In this document: positions 29,977-39,434 of the stretch, one piece after another
How the letters are laid out: each line of letters starts with the position of its first letter
Position numbering within the stretch: position 1 is the first letter of the stretch
NCBI GenBank assembly: GCA_963708075.1
Contig: OY970194.1
Location: 6,336,001 to 6,400,000 of the forward strand
Length of the DNA: 64,000 nucleotides
Direction: 5' to 3'
DNA from: Sedimentisphaerales bacterium
GTDB taxonomy: Bacteria > Planctomycetota > Phycisphaerae > Sedimentisphaerales > Anaerobacaceae
Translations under genes and position numbers: made by a program
Notes under the pieces: model-generated
What the model was told of the DNA's origin: nothing
Seen by the model: the letters and a program-made list of their open reading frames with translations, nothing else
Database searches by the model: none

Positions 29977-31314
29977 ATGAAGTACAGGATGGAAGGCAGG
30001 AGATTTTGGGCCGGGATAGCATTCGCGGTGATTTTGACGTTGATCTTGGGACCCGTGTTGCAGGCTCGCCCGGATCGGGCATTTTCCGTGGCAATCAGTC
30101 CGACGACGGCCACCGTCGGTGAGACCAAACCCTACACGATCACCATCACGAACGAGGGCTCCGGCGGCGGGGCCTCAGCAAACCTCGGCTCAGCCACAAT
30201 CCAGGTCCCGGCCGGCTTCACGGTGGTGGTGCCGCCCGCATTGAGCGTGACGACCTCTCCCACCAAGTCGTGGACGGCTGCCCTGAATGGGGCGGGCACG
30301 GAGATCCTGCTCTGCGGTGACCAGGGCAACGACACATTCTCCGGCGGCGACTATGTGGCCGTCACATTCACCGCCACAGCGCCAGGTACACCGGGCGTCT
30401 GCGAGTGGACGACTACGCTGCGAAAGAACACGAACTGGCATGGTCCCACGCCGGCCTTGGTGGGCACGCAACCAGTAGTGACCGTGCAGGACGATGTGAC
30501 GCCCCCTGATCCCGAGGGCCCAGCATCGATCTGCGGCGCCAAATTCTATGATACGGACACTGACGGTGTTTGGGAGGAAGGCGAACCCGGGATTGAGGGC
30601 TGGAAGATCCATCTGGTCGGCGACACCGTCAACGCGTATGCCTTCACCAATAGCGACGGCGAGTTCTGCTTCCCGGACCTCGAAGCGGGCAGTTATGTCG
30701 CCAGTGAAGTCTTTCCGCTGATGCCTCCGACGTGGATACCGACCACGGAGACATCGTTCAGCACGACAGTGGACGATTGCGAGATCGATGTTGGTGACTT
30801 TGGCAACGTCTGCCTGGGCGCCGGCGGCGGGCACACGCTCGGCTACTGGTCGAACAAGAACGGCCATGCGAGCATGACAACATACGGCTTGTCCTCTGCA
30901 TGGTCGGCACTCGCGGATCTGAACCTGGTCAACGGCAGTGGGGCACCGTTCAATCCGGCCGGATACCCAGCGTTCCGGACCTGGCTGCTCAGTGCGACGG
31001 CCACGAACATGGCCTACATGCTCTCGGCCCAGCTCGCGGCGATGAAACTCAACGTCCTCACCGAATTCGTGGATGGCGATGCCCTGGTCTACGCGCCGGG
31101 CGTGCCGGGTACAAATCCGGCCGGATTCATCTCCGTGAACGCTCTGATCACCGCAGCGAACACCAGCTTGGGAGCAGACGGCTACACGCCCGCTGATGAC
31201 CCGAATCGCAGCGTGCAGGAGAGCATCAAGAACGCACTCGACCAGGCGAACAATAACCAGAACTTCGTCAGCCCAGCGCCCTGTTTGCCTATAGTATATA
31301 TCGTAATACTGTAA
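29977..31314 (+). CDS. Secreted Thr/Gly-rich surface protein with SdrD-B/Cna-B-like domain
   Basis: Signal peptide; ICGAKFYDTDTDGVWEEGEPGIEGWKI..TNSDGEFCF..L.AGSY..SE; GHTLGYWSN. Confidence 0.7.
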   Translation: MKYRMEGRRFWAGIAFAVILTLILGPVLQARPDRAFSVAISPTTATVGETKPYTITITNEGSGGGASANLGSATIQVPAGFTVVVPPALSVTTSPTKSWTAALNGAGTEILLCGDQGNDTFSGGDYVAVTFTATAPGTPGVCEWTTTLRKNTNWHGPTPALVGTQPVVTVQDDVTPPDPEGPASICGAKFYDTDTDGVWEEGEPGIEGWKIHLVGDTVNAYAFTNSDGEFCFPDLEAGSYVASEVFPLMPPTWIPTTETSFSTTVDDCEIDVGDFGNVCLGAGGGHTLGYWSNKNGHASMTTYGLSSAWSALADLNLVNGSGAPFNPAGYPAFRTWLLSATATNMAYMLSAQLAAMKLNVLTEFVDGDALVYAPGVPGTNPAGFISVNALITAANTSLGADGYTPADDPNRSVQESIKNALDQANNNQNFVSPAPCLPIVYIVIL

Positions 31315-31392
31315 AGGCGCAGCGCGGCTGTTAAGTATTGCTCAGGACAACGTAGGCCGGGACACTGTCCGGCCGCGGCTCCGAAATATCGT

Positions 31393-31435
31393 CATTCGGA
31401 AGGCAGAGGCTCACATGCGCTCTGCCTTCCGAATG
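31393..31435. terminator. Perfect 16-bp hairpin downstream of the surface-protein gene
   Basis: CATTCGGAAGGCAGAG-11nt-CTCTGCCTTCCGAATG; no U-tract. Confidence 0.45.
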
Positions 31436-31763
31436 CGCTGTCATACACCCGATTCATGGAAGCTCTGATCCATCTGGATCCTGGCGGCCGGAAAGATCCG
31501 CCCACGATCATAATGTGCACCCCTTGAGACAAGAATTCCTGAAAACTCATTGCACCACTTGAACAAAAGGATAGCATGAGACATTGTCCCGGCAGGGATT
31601 CGTGCGCCGTTTGCTGAAGGAGCTGCCAGACGCAGGCTCCACGCCTTTTTCGTCATGATACATCTGACCGCTGAGTAGCAGGACACACAGTCATGTTGCG
31701 GCTCACGTCGATGTCGCGACAACTTAGTGGATATCGTGGAAGTCTGGCTTGAAAGGAGCATGT

Positions 31764-32504
31764 ATGCCTCTGAACAAACGGTTGGCAGCGGAGACGATAG
31801 GTACATTCTGGCTCGTGTTTGGCGGCTGCGGCAGCGCCGTGCTCGCAGCAGCATTCCCCGAGGTGGGTATCGGCCTGCTCGGCGTAGCCCTGGCATTCGG
31901 ATTGACCGTGCTGACGATGGCCTTTGCCATCGGCCACATCTCCGGGTGCCATCTCAACCCGGCGGTGACGCTGGGTCTGGCCACGGGCCGGCGCTTCCCG
32001 TGGAACGAGGTGATTCCCTACATGATCGCACAGGTTATCGGTGCAGCGGTGGGGGCCTTGGTGCTGTACGTGATCGCCAGCGGCAAGGAGGGGTTCAGCC
32101 TGAGCGGAGGCTTCGCCGCAAACGGTTACGGCCTGCACTCGCCCGGCGGCTATACGCTGACGGCCGCCCTTGTGACCGAGGTCGTTCTGACCTTCATGTT
32201 CCTGATGATCATCCTGGGAGCGACGGATTCGCGGGCTCCGGCCGGCTTTGCGCCGATCGCCATCGGTCTGGGATTGACGCTGATCCACCTCATCGGCATC
32301 CCGGTGACGAACCTGTCGGTGAACCCGGCCCGCAGCACCGGACCGGCCTTGTTCGTAGGCGGATGGGCGATTGCACAACTGTGGCTGTTCTGGCTGGCTC
32401 CGCTGCTCGGGGCGTTCCTGGCCGGGCTGGCCTATCCGGCAGTTGCCGGTGAGGGCGTCACGCTCCCCGCAAAAGTTCCATCCCCGGTGCTGACTGCGGA
32501 CTAG
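31764..32504 (+). CDS. aqpZ: Aquaporin Z
   Basis: [41 protein letters not shown]. Confidence 0.95.
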   Translation: MPLNKRLAAETIGTFWLVFGGCGSAVLAAAFPEVGIGLLGVALAFGLTVLTMAFAIGHISGCHLNPAVTLGLATGRRFPWNEVIPYMIAQVIGAAVGALVLYVIASGKEGFSLSGGFAANGYGLHSPGGYTLTAALVTEVVLTFMFLMIILGATDSRAPAGFAPIAIGLGLTLIHLIGIPVTNLSVNPARSTGPALFVGGWAIAQLWLFWLAPLLGAFLAGLAYPAVAGEGVTLPAKVPSPVLTAD

Positions 32505-33029
32505 GCCACCCATCGACAGCGGCATGCGCTACGAACATAGTCCTGGAGGGATAACGGCCTCGGTTGATCGTCCTGATTCCTCCGACGGCGACGACTGCAG
32601 CGAAGTTGACGTACCATGAATCGATTCGGCCGAAAGGACCCCTGAGAAACGCCGGAACCCTCTGCGTTTTCGGGACCGAGAACGCAGGAAGAGGTCGGCA
32701 TGGGGGTTCTTCAGCCGAATCACCGGTCAAGCTCTGATCTCACAAGTGCCGAGCCGGCCTCTCACCAGTAAGGTGGGCTCCGCACGTCCAGTTCCCTCCT
32801 CATGTTGCCCTCTCAATACCCTGCATCGGTAACCCTCCAACCATTTCTTGGGCCGGCGGATTCTCCCCGGATTTCCATCCACATCCACCCACTGTCAATC
32901 GCCATATAAGAGGACAGAATGTGCCGTGGTCCTGTGCTCTGGCCACGTCATGCGCTGTGCGGAGAAATGAACGTGACACCGTCTCATCCTCAGCAGGCCC
33001 TGGAGGACCATTGTTGGGTATCCACCGGA

Positions 33030-33776
33030 ATGAATCGCATAACCCTTCGCAACCAGTTCGACTCTCTGGCGTCAGTCCCGGCGTCTGCAGAGCCGGCCCA
33101 GAAGCGTCATCGAGGCCAGCAATTCGAGGGACTGTTGGAGATGCTGCTTGAAGCGGACGGCTTGTCACCTCATATCCACGTCAGACCTGATGGCGAGGAG
33201 ATAGACGGGTCATTCCTGCTGAACGATCGTGCGTTCCTCCTGGAGGCGAAGTGGCACGCCGCCCCTTTGCCGGCCTCCACAATCTATCAGTTCAAGTGCA
33301 AGGTGGATGGAAAACTCGTTGGCACCCTGGGGGTGTTCATCTCCGTCTCCGGTTTCAGTACGGACGCTGTGGAGGCTCTGATCGCCGGCAAAACCATGAA
33401 CGTGGTCCTCTTCGACAGACGGGATGTCGAAGCGGCCATCGATAGACCGAATGGCTTCAGAACCGTCCTCCTTGCCAAGTTGCGGATGGCCGCTGAAGAA
33501 GGCACGGTCTATTGGCCATTCCGGTCCGTGCTCACAACTCCCAAGTCATCCGAAGTCAGGGTGGTACAAGAGGGGGGGCAAGCAGCACCACACCGCATTG
33601 TTGTCATAGAAGAGGAACACGCCGAGGACGCGATATTGGCGGACCTGATACGAAGAATCATCCGGCACAAGAGTCTTGGGAACGGCGGGCTTGATTCCGG
33701 CGGTGGGTCGCACGGGTCCACGATGTCTGTTCGGCCTGAAGGCCTCTCTCTTCCGCCATCGCCTCCGGCACAGTGA
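33030..33776 (+). CDS. Mrr-like restriction endonuclease domain protein, possibly C-terminally truncated
   Basis: RGQQFE..EEIDGSF..FLLEAKW..GVFISVSGFS PD-(D/E)xK pattern. Confidence 0.7.
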   Translation: MNRITLRNQFDSLASVPASAEPAQKRHRGQQFEGLLEMLLEADGLSPHIHVRPDGEEIDGSFLLNDRAFLLEAKWHAAPLPASTIYQFKCKVDGKLVGTLGVFISVSGFSTDAVEALIAGKTMNVVLFDRRDVEAAIDRPNGFRTVLLAKLRMAAEEGTVYWPFRSVLTTPKSSEVRVVQEGGQAAPHRIVVIEEEHAEDAILADLIRRIIRHKSLGNGGLDSGGGSHGSTMSVRPEGLSLPPSPPAQ

Positions 33777-33935
33777 CGGCCAGGTCAAACCGCCGTCGTG
33801 AGGCTATTCCCTCGCTGCCCTACCCGCACGCCGAGATCGCAGGCGGGAGCCCAGGGATGTACCGTGTGACCCCTGGCCCGCCCCTGGGGGATATGCTCCG
33901 GCCCGCAGGGTGCACACGGGCCGGTTGGAGGAGAG

Positions 33936-33961
33936 GTTTACATTCTGCGGGGTGGCGCGTC
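33936..33961 (+). promoter_or_regulatory. Candidate ECF promoter GTTTAC-N16-CGTC
   Basis: Upstream of the cassette 2 sigma. Confidence 0.4.
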
Positions 33962-34035
33962 TTTTCTTAGAGCACAATCGCCGGGCTGCTCGTCTATTGG
34001 CGATTGAACGTTCGATCGGAATCGGCTGTGTGACG

Positions 34036-34578
34036 ATGTTGACACTCGAAGATCGGCTATTGCTGAGACAACTGAACCACGGCAGCAGGCACGCCTTGCG
34101 CCGGGTCTACCTGAAGTACAGGCGCGAGCTGTTCACGATTGGCGTGGCACTCGTCGGCGACAGGGACCTGGCAGAGGACTGCCTGCAGGATGTGTTCGTC
34201 CGCCTGGCGGAGTCGGCCGGCCGGATCGGAGTGGCCGGCAATCTCAAGGCGTATCTGGCTAGTTGCATGGTCAACCGGGCCCGGGACCAGATCCGGCGCA
34301 ACGTAAGGCGGGCCGGCGGGCCGGCGGAGCATCTTGGCTGTCGGGCCTCGGTGCCGAGCCCGCCTCAGCAACTGGTAAACGATGAACGCACGGCGGCGCT
34401 GCTGCATGCGATTGGGCAACTGCCGTACGAGCAGCGGGAGGTTTTCGTGCTGCATGCCCAGGCCGGCCTGTCGTTCCGGGATATCGCAGTGACTCAGGGC
34501 GTGCCCCTGCGGACGACGCACAGCCGCTACAGGTATGCAATCCTGAAACTTCGTGAGCTTCTGCAAGAAGGGATATAG
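34036..34578 (+). CDS. ECF sigma factor (cassette 2)
   Basis: AEDCLQDVFVRL..LKAYL...NRARD; LPYEQREVFVLH..TTHSRYRYA. Confidence 0.92.
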   Translation: MLTLEDRLLLRQLNHGSRHALRRVYLKYRRELFTIGVALVGDRDLAEDCLQDVFVRLAESAGRIGVAGNLKAYLASCMVNRARDQIRRNVRRAGGPAEHLGCRASVPSPPQQLVNDERTAALLHAIGQLPYEQREVFVLHAQAGLSFRDIAVTQGVPLRTTHSRYRYAILKLRELLQEGI

Positions 34579-34580
34579 CC

Positions 34581-36398
34581 ATGAAACGGGCCAAAGAGAT
34601 CGAATCGCTGGCGAAAAGGACGCAGTTCGAGCCGGATGCCTCGGCGGATCAGCGAATCCTGTCTGCGGCAGAAGCGGCATTGGACCGACGAATGGATGTT
34701 TCGCGTGCCGGCGAGGCATGCCTAACAGGGAGGATAACTATGAAGAGTACGATAGCAAAGCTGGCAATCGTCGCGGCGGTGGTCGTGGCTGCGCTGCTGG
34801 GAATTCATTTCTTCGCGGGTACCTCCGGCACAAGCTGGGCGGCCGTGCTGGAGAGAGTGAACGGCTTCGACACATGCGTCTACCGCAGCCGCGAAGTTGA
34901 AACGACAGGCCCCCGGCTCAATGGGTTTGAGTTCGCGACCGAGAATGAATCCAAGAACTACCGCTCCGAAATCTACGGAACATTCAGCGAGAACTACAAG
35001 AACGGCAAACTCTCCGTGCGGCACTACATGCTTCTCCAGGAGGGACAACATATCTCGATTGGCGGTTACGACAGCGAGCATAAGCTGTGCCTTCGCACGG
35101 CTGTGACTGACAGGAGCCTCCGGGAGTTTCACGACGGCGACCCGCGACGGATGATTGCGAAGATTCTCGCAGGCAATTACGTTGAGATTGGGGAAGACAC
35201 CATCGAGGGCCGGCGCGTCCGGGGCGTCGAACTGCGAGATCCGAACGTCCTCGCCGCTGAAGGCAAGAAGATTCCCCCGCTGGACGATTTCTCTTCGCGG
35301 TTCTGGATCGAGGTCCAGACAGGACTACCGGTGTGGATGGAACTCAGTTTTGTGCCCAAGGATTCGGCACAGCGGACCACGATGATCTGGGACCAGTTCG
35401 AGTGGGGCGTGCCTCTGGAGGCGAGCCTGTTCGAGCCGGAGATTCCGGCCGATGCTGAGGTTGTGGATGATGATGGCAAGGTACCGGATTCGACGCCTAT
35501 GACCGATGTCGCAGAAGCATTTGCGCAGCAGACCCAGGCTGAGCCGTTCCTCGGCGAGTTCGACCATCTTCCGCTGCCGGACGTGAGCGGCCTGACCCTG
35601 CTCGGTGTCGATACGAGCGCCCCGAAACCACAGGTGCGGCTGCTCGGCTCGGATGAGATTCGGGTGGCTCAGGACGCCTGCGTGGCGAAATGGCCGCCAT
35701 ACGAGCAGGTGCAGGCTCAACTGCGCCAGGAACTCCAAGCCAAACTCGACATCAACGCAAAAGATGTGGACGGGCTCATGACAACAGGGATTGCCTTGCG
35801 CAACCGGTTCTGGGAGATGGGCGGTACCCTGTCCGATGTGGCATACCCGTACATCTATGCGGCCCGGCTGGCGGACGAGATTGCCCATGAGAAGGCCCCC
35901 GACAACCCGGCGGTCACAGACCAACTGGTCGAATCGATCATAGCCTACGAAGTGATGTACTACTGGCAACTCCCGCAGACCGACGGACCCTCAAGACGAA
36001 ATCCTGTTTACCGTGGGCTGATAGCCGATCTGCGCCGGCAGCAGTACGAGCAGATCAAGACCCGTGTCGGCGAGGGCTACACGCCGACCTGGAGGGACTT
36101 CGTACGATGTTGCGATTTCGCCTATCTGTGGAGCCGGACGGACCGTGACGCGGCGCTGGAAGCGACACGCCTGCTCATCGACCTGGCCCCGAAGACCGGC
36201 TGGACCTTTTATCTCGATGATCTCAGGCGTGCAGAAGAAAGGCTTGTCGGCGGCGAGAGCTGCTACGTATCCACGTTCATTGGCGGCCATCAGGGCGTGT
36301 ACCTCGATCAATACAGTCGCCGGCTGTGGTCCTTCCAGGGACCGCAGGAGTACAGGCAGCAGCGGACAGCGACGCACCTGAAAGATCTCAAGAAGTGA
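34581..36398 (+). CDS. Anti-sigma-like protein, cassette 2
   Basis: 605 aa; TM segment, RFWIEVQTGLPVW..FEWGVPLEASLFEPEIP (LolA-like end), conserved C-terminal domain. Confidence 0.85.
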   Translation: MKRAKEIESLAKRTQFEPDASADQRILSAAEAALDRRMDVSRAGEACLTGRITMKSTIAKLAIVAAVVVAALLGIHFFAGTSGTSWAAVLERVNGFDTCVYRSREVETTGPRLNGFEFATENESKNYRSEIYGTFSENYKNGKLSVRHYMLLQEGQHISIGGYDSEHKLCLRTAVTDRSLREFHDGDPRRMIAKILAGNYVEIGEDTIEGRRVRGVELRDPNVLAAEGKKIPPLDDFSSRFWIEVQTGLPVWMELSFVPKDSAQRTTMIWDQFEWGVPLEASLFEPEIPADAEVVDDDGKVPDSTPMTDVAEAFAQQTQAEPFLGEFDHLPLPDVSGLTLLGVDTSAPKPQVRLLGSDEIRVAQDACVAKWPPYEQVQAQLRQELQAKLDINAKDVDGLMTTGIALRNRFWEMGGTLSDVAYPYIYAARLADEIAHEKAPDNPAVTDQLVESIIAYEVMYYWQLPQTDGPSRRNPVYRGLIADLRRQQYEQIKTRVGEGYTPTWRDFVRCCDFAYLWSRTDRDAALEATRLLIDLAPKTGWTFYLDDLRRAEERLVGGESCYVSTFIGGHQGVYLDQYSRRLWSFQGPQEYRQQRTATHLKDLKK

Positions 36399-36441
36399 TG
36401 ACCTCCTTCTCGGCCTTCGGGCCGAAGGGAAACCATGCACA

Positions 36442-36473
36442 GGCCGGGCTGCCCACGCGCCCGGCCCTTTTTT
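36442..36473 (+). terminator. Intrinsic terminator
   Basis: GGCCGGGC-loop-GCCCGGCC followed by CTTTTTT. Confidence 0.75.
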
Positions 36474-36554
36474 GTTCGTGGACCTCCAAGCACAGCGGTC
36501 AGGGTGTGGTCGGAATTCGGTGGCGGCGTGTAGCCGCCGTGTGCGGACTGCGCC

Positions 36555-36767
36555 TCTTTCGTCCCTTACGGGACTGGCTTTTGTCCTCGGCCCCGGTTCC
36601 CAGCGATGAATCGCTGGGCTATTCTCTATCGCCCTGCGGGCTTGGACTTCGCTCCAGTCCTCTTGCGTCGGCCCGTCCGCCCCACGGGGGCGATCGACAC
36701 TAGCCCACCGTTTCAACGGTGGGTACGATAGTCAATCCTATCTCAAAGCCCCGTAGGGGCGAAAGAA
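36555..36767. repeat. Inverted pair of ~88-bp three-hairpin REP-like units
   Basis: 36555..36642 (reverse) and 36679..36767 share GCCC..GGGCGAT, TAGCCCA(palindrome)TGGG and CCCGTA.GGG.CGAAAGA. Confidence 0.7.
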
Positions 36768-36925
36768 GACTGGGCTGCGCTCTTGTGTCGGGTGGAATCC
36801 GAATCCGCCACCGAAGGCCGACCGCACCCAGCGGTCATCTGATCCGGTTTTGAATAGACGCAAACACGTCCTTGGATTGTTATATTGGTGAAAAGACGTC
36901 TTTTCGAGATCGGACTTGCGAGCCC

Positions 36926-37456
36926 ATGGAAGACAGGTTGCTGGTATTGCGGTGCAAGCGGGGCAGCGCCGGGGCGATGACGCGGATCTATGAGAAGTAC
37001 CGCAAGGATCTGCTGATTCTGGCGATAGCCCTGCTCAACGACAAGGCGGCGGCCGAGGACATCGTGCACGATGTCTTCGTCAGCTTCGTGGAGAGTCTTG
37101 CCCAATTCCGACTCACGGGCAGTCTACGTGCGTACCTGATGACCTGCACGGCCAACCGGGCTCGCAATCACAACAAGACAAAACAAAGGCCGGATTCACC
37201 GCAGGAAGTCATCTGTGAAGAGCAACCCGTCGAGCGTCTCGTGAGCAACGAGCGGCTTGCGAGGCTGGCTGCGGCGATGGAACAACTGCCCTACGAGCAG
37301 AGAGAGATTCTGATGCTCCACTCGTACGGCGGCCTGACTCTGCGGGCCATCGCCAAAACCTCCGGACTGCCGGCGAATACGGTCATGAGCCGCTATCGCT
37401 ACGGCATCGACAAGCTGCGGCATCTGCTCAATGGAGAGTGTGACCATGAAACCTGA
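36926..37456 (+). CDS. ECF sigma factor (cassette 3)
   Basis: AEDIVHDVFVSF..LRAYL...NRARN; LPYEQREILMLH..NTVMSRYRYG. Confidence 0.92.
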   Translation: MEDRLLVLRCKRGSAGAMTRIYEKYRKDLLILAIALLNDKAAAEDIVHDVFVSFVESLAQFRLTGSLRAYLMTCTANRARNHNKTKQRPDSPQEVICEEQPVERLVSNERLARLAAAMEQLPYEQREILMLHSYGGLTLRAIAKTSGLPANTVMSRYRYGIDKLRHLLNGECDHET

Positions 37457-39266
37457 GGATGCACTCAATCGCGTCTTTCACGAGTTGGACGTGCGCGTGG
37501 ACCCTCGCGTGGATGAGCGAATCCTGCAGGACACGTTGCACCGTCTCAAGGAATCGACAGAGACACCCCCGGCCGACTCTCGGCCGATGCGATGGAGAAC
37601 AGTCATGAAATACCCACTGGCAAAACTTGCGATCGCGGCGGCGGTCATCGTCACCTCGCTGCTTGGCATCCACTTCTTCAGCAGGACCTCCGGCACAAGC
37701 TGGGCGGCCGTGCTGGACAAGGTGAACGGCTTCGACACCTGCGTCTATCGTGTCCGCGAAGTGGAGACGACCGGACCCAGGCCCGACGGCTTCGAATTTG
37801 CGACCGAGGCGGAACACAAGCACTATCGCTCGGAGACATATGGCTGCTTCCGCGAGACCTACAAGAAGGGCAAAGCTACCGAGTGGCAGTATTTGCTCCT
37901 GCAGGAGAAGCAGCACGTCGCCATCTACAGCGAGATGTCCTTGTGTCTTCGCAGCCCCATCGATGAGAAAATCCTTCACACGTTCTACACGGAAGACCCC
38001 GCGAAGCTCGTGGCGCAGATCCTCGGCGGGTCTTACGTGGAGATCGGCAGCAATGTCATCGAGGGTAAACCGGTGCGAGGTGTCGAATTGCGCGACCCGA
38101 ATGTGCTGGCGCCCGAGGGAGAAAAAGTGCCTCCGGTGGCTGATTTTGCTCTGCGGTTCTGGATCGATGTCCGGACGGAGCTGCCGGTGTGGATGGAGAT
38201 GAGCATTGTCCTCGAGGGCTCGCAGGTGCGTCAGACGACGATCTGGGATCAATTCCAGTGGGGCGTGCCCCTGGAGGCAAGCCTGTTCAAGCCGGAGATC
38301 CCGGCTGATTACGAGGTCGTGGATCGTGACGGCACTCACAAGGCACCGGATACAACCCCCAAGACCACCGTGGAGGAAGCCTTTGCCCAACAGACCCAGG
38401 CCGAACCCTACCTGGGCGACTTTGATGCTCTGCCTCTGCCGGACGTGAGCAGCCTGTCCCTGCTTGGCACCGATCCGAAGGCTCCCAAGCCGCAGGTGCG
38501 TCTGCTCGGTGGGAAGGAGATCCAAAGGGCCCTCGACACCTGTGTTGGGAAATGGCCTCCTTACGAGCAGGCAAAGGCCCAACTGCGCGAGGAGCTCCAG
38601 AACAAGCTCAACATCGAAGCCATGGATGTGAACGGGCTTGTGACGACAGCGATCGTGCTGCGGAACCTGTTCTGGAAGCTTGGCGGGTGCCTGTCCGACA
38701 CGGCGTATCCCTACATTTATGGCGCCAGGCTCCTCGACGAAATCGCCCATGAGAAGGCCCCGGACAATCCGGCCGTCATCGACCAGCTTCTCGAATCCAT
38801 CGGGTCTTACGAAGTGCTGTACTACGCGGACGACCCGCCCCAGGACCCTGTCCGGCGAAATCCCATCTATGCGGGGGTCGTCGCCGATCTCTGCTATGAG
38901 CAGTGGGCCTTGTTGAAGGCCAGAATGAACGGGAATTACACGCCGACCTGGAAGGACTTCGTGCGCTGCAGCGATATCGCGACGGCCAGTCGCATCCGAA
39001 AGGACCCGGCCACGAACCTGGAGGTGATTCGCCTGCTGATCGAGCAGGCCCCGAAGGCCGGCTGGACCACTTACCTTGACGATCTGAAGCGCGGCGAGCA
39101 AAGGCTGCTTGCCGGTGAGGTCTACAAGGGCCCGGGGGCCTTCATGGGCGGAATCGGGGACATCAACCTGGAGCAATACGCCCGTCGCCTGTGGTCCTTC
39201 CAGGGGCCGCAGGAATACAGGGATCAGCGAACCCCGCTGCACCTGAGGCACCTCAAGGGCTGGTAG
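37446..39266 (+). CDS. Anti-sigma-like protein, cassette 3
   Basis: Overlaps the sigma 3' end; same architecture as cassettes 1 and 2; ends HLRHLKGW. Confidence 0.85.
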   Translation: MKPEDALNRVFHELDVRVDPRVDERILQDTLHRLKESTETPPADSRPMRWRTVMKYPLAKLAIAAAVIVTSLLGIHFFSRTSGTSWAAVLDKVNGFDTCVYRVREVETTGPRPDGFEFATEAEHKHYRSETYGCFRETYKKGKATEWQYLLLQEKQHVAIYSEMSLCLRSPIDEKILHTFYTEDPAKLVAQILGGSYVEIGSNVIEGKPVRGVELRDPNVLAPEGEKVPPVADFALRFWIDVRTELPVWMEMSIVLEGSQVRQTTIWDQFQWGVPLEASLFKPEIPADYEVVDRDGTHKAPDTTPKTTVEEAFAQQTQAEPYLGDFDALPLPDVSSLSLLGTDPKAPKPQVRLLGGKEIQRALDTCVGKWPPYEQAKAQLREELQNKLNIEAMDVNGLVTTAIVLRNLFWKLGGCLSDTAYPYIYGARLLDEIAHEKAPDNPAVIDQLLESIGSYEVLYYADDPPQDPVRRNPIYAGVVADLCYEQWALLKARMNGNYTPTWKDFVRCSDIATASRIRKDPATNLEVIRLLIEQAPKAGWTTYLDDLKRGEQRLLAGEVYKGPGAFMGGIGDINLEQYARRLWSFQGPQEYRDQRTPLHLRHLKGW

Positions 39267-39300
39267 AGAACTTCCCTCCTTCAATCGGGATGAAGCAAAC

Positions 39301-39328
39301 CGGGGCGGTCTGTGCAAGGCCGCCCCGG
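39301..39328 (+). terminator. GC-rich hairpin, copy 1 of a direct repeat
   Basis: CGGGGCGGTCTGTGCAAGGCCGCCCCGG. Confidence 0.6.
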
Positions 39329-39434
39329 TGTAGTTCCGTGGTCGCGGTGAATTCCTCAACCCCTCAACTTAGCCTCCAGATGTTGCGGCGGAACGCGGGA
39401 AAACAGGCTGATTTGCGACGGAATTGGCCTTTCG

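Noticed and set aside
32560..32800. Hairpins downstream of aqpZ as a riboswitch or ncRNA
   Set aside because: Only one clear stem (CTGCGTTTTCGG/CCGAGAACGCAG), and no known aptamer motif was recognised.
4006..39266. Paralog arrays as targets of a diversity-generating retroelement
   Set aside because: No reverse transcriptase and no template/variable repeat pair with adenine-specific mismatches were seen.
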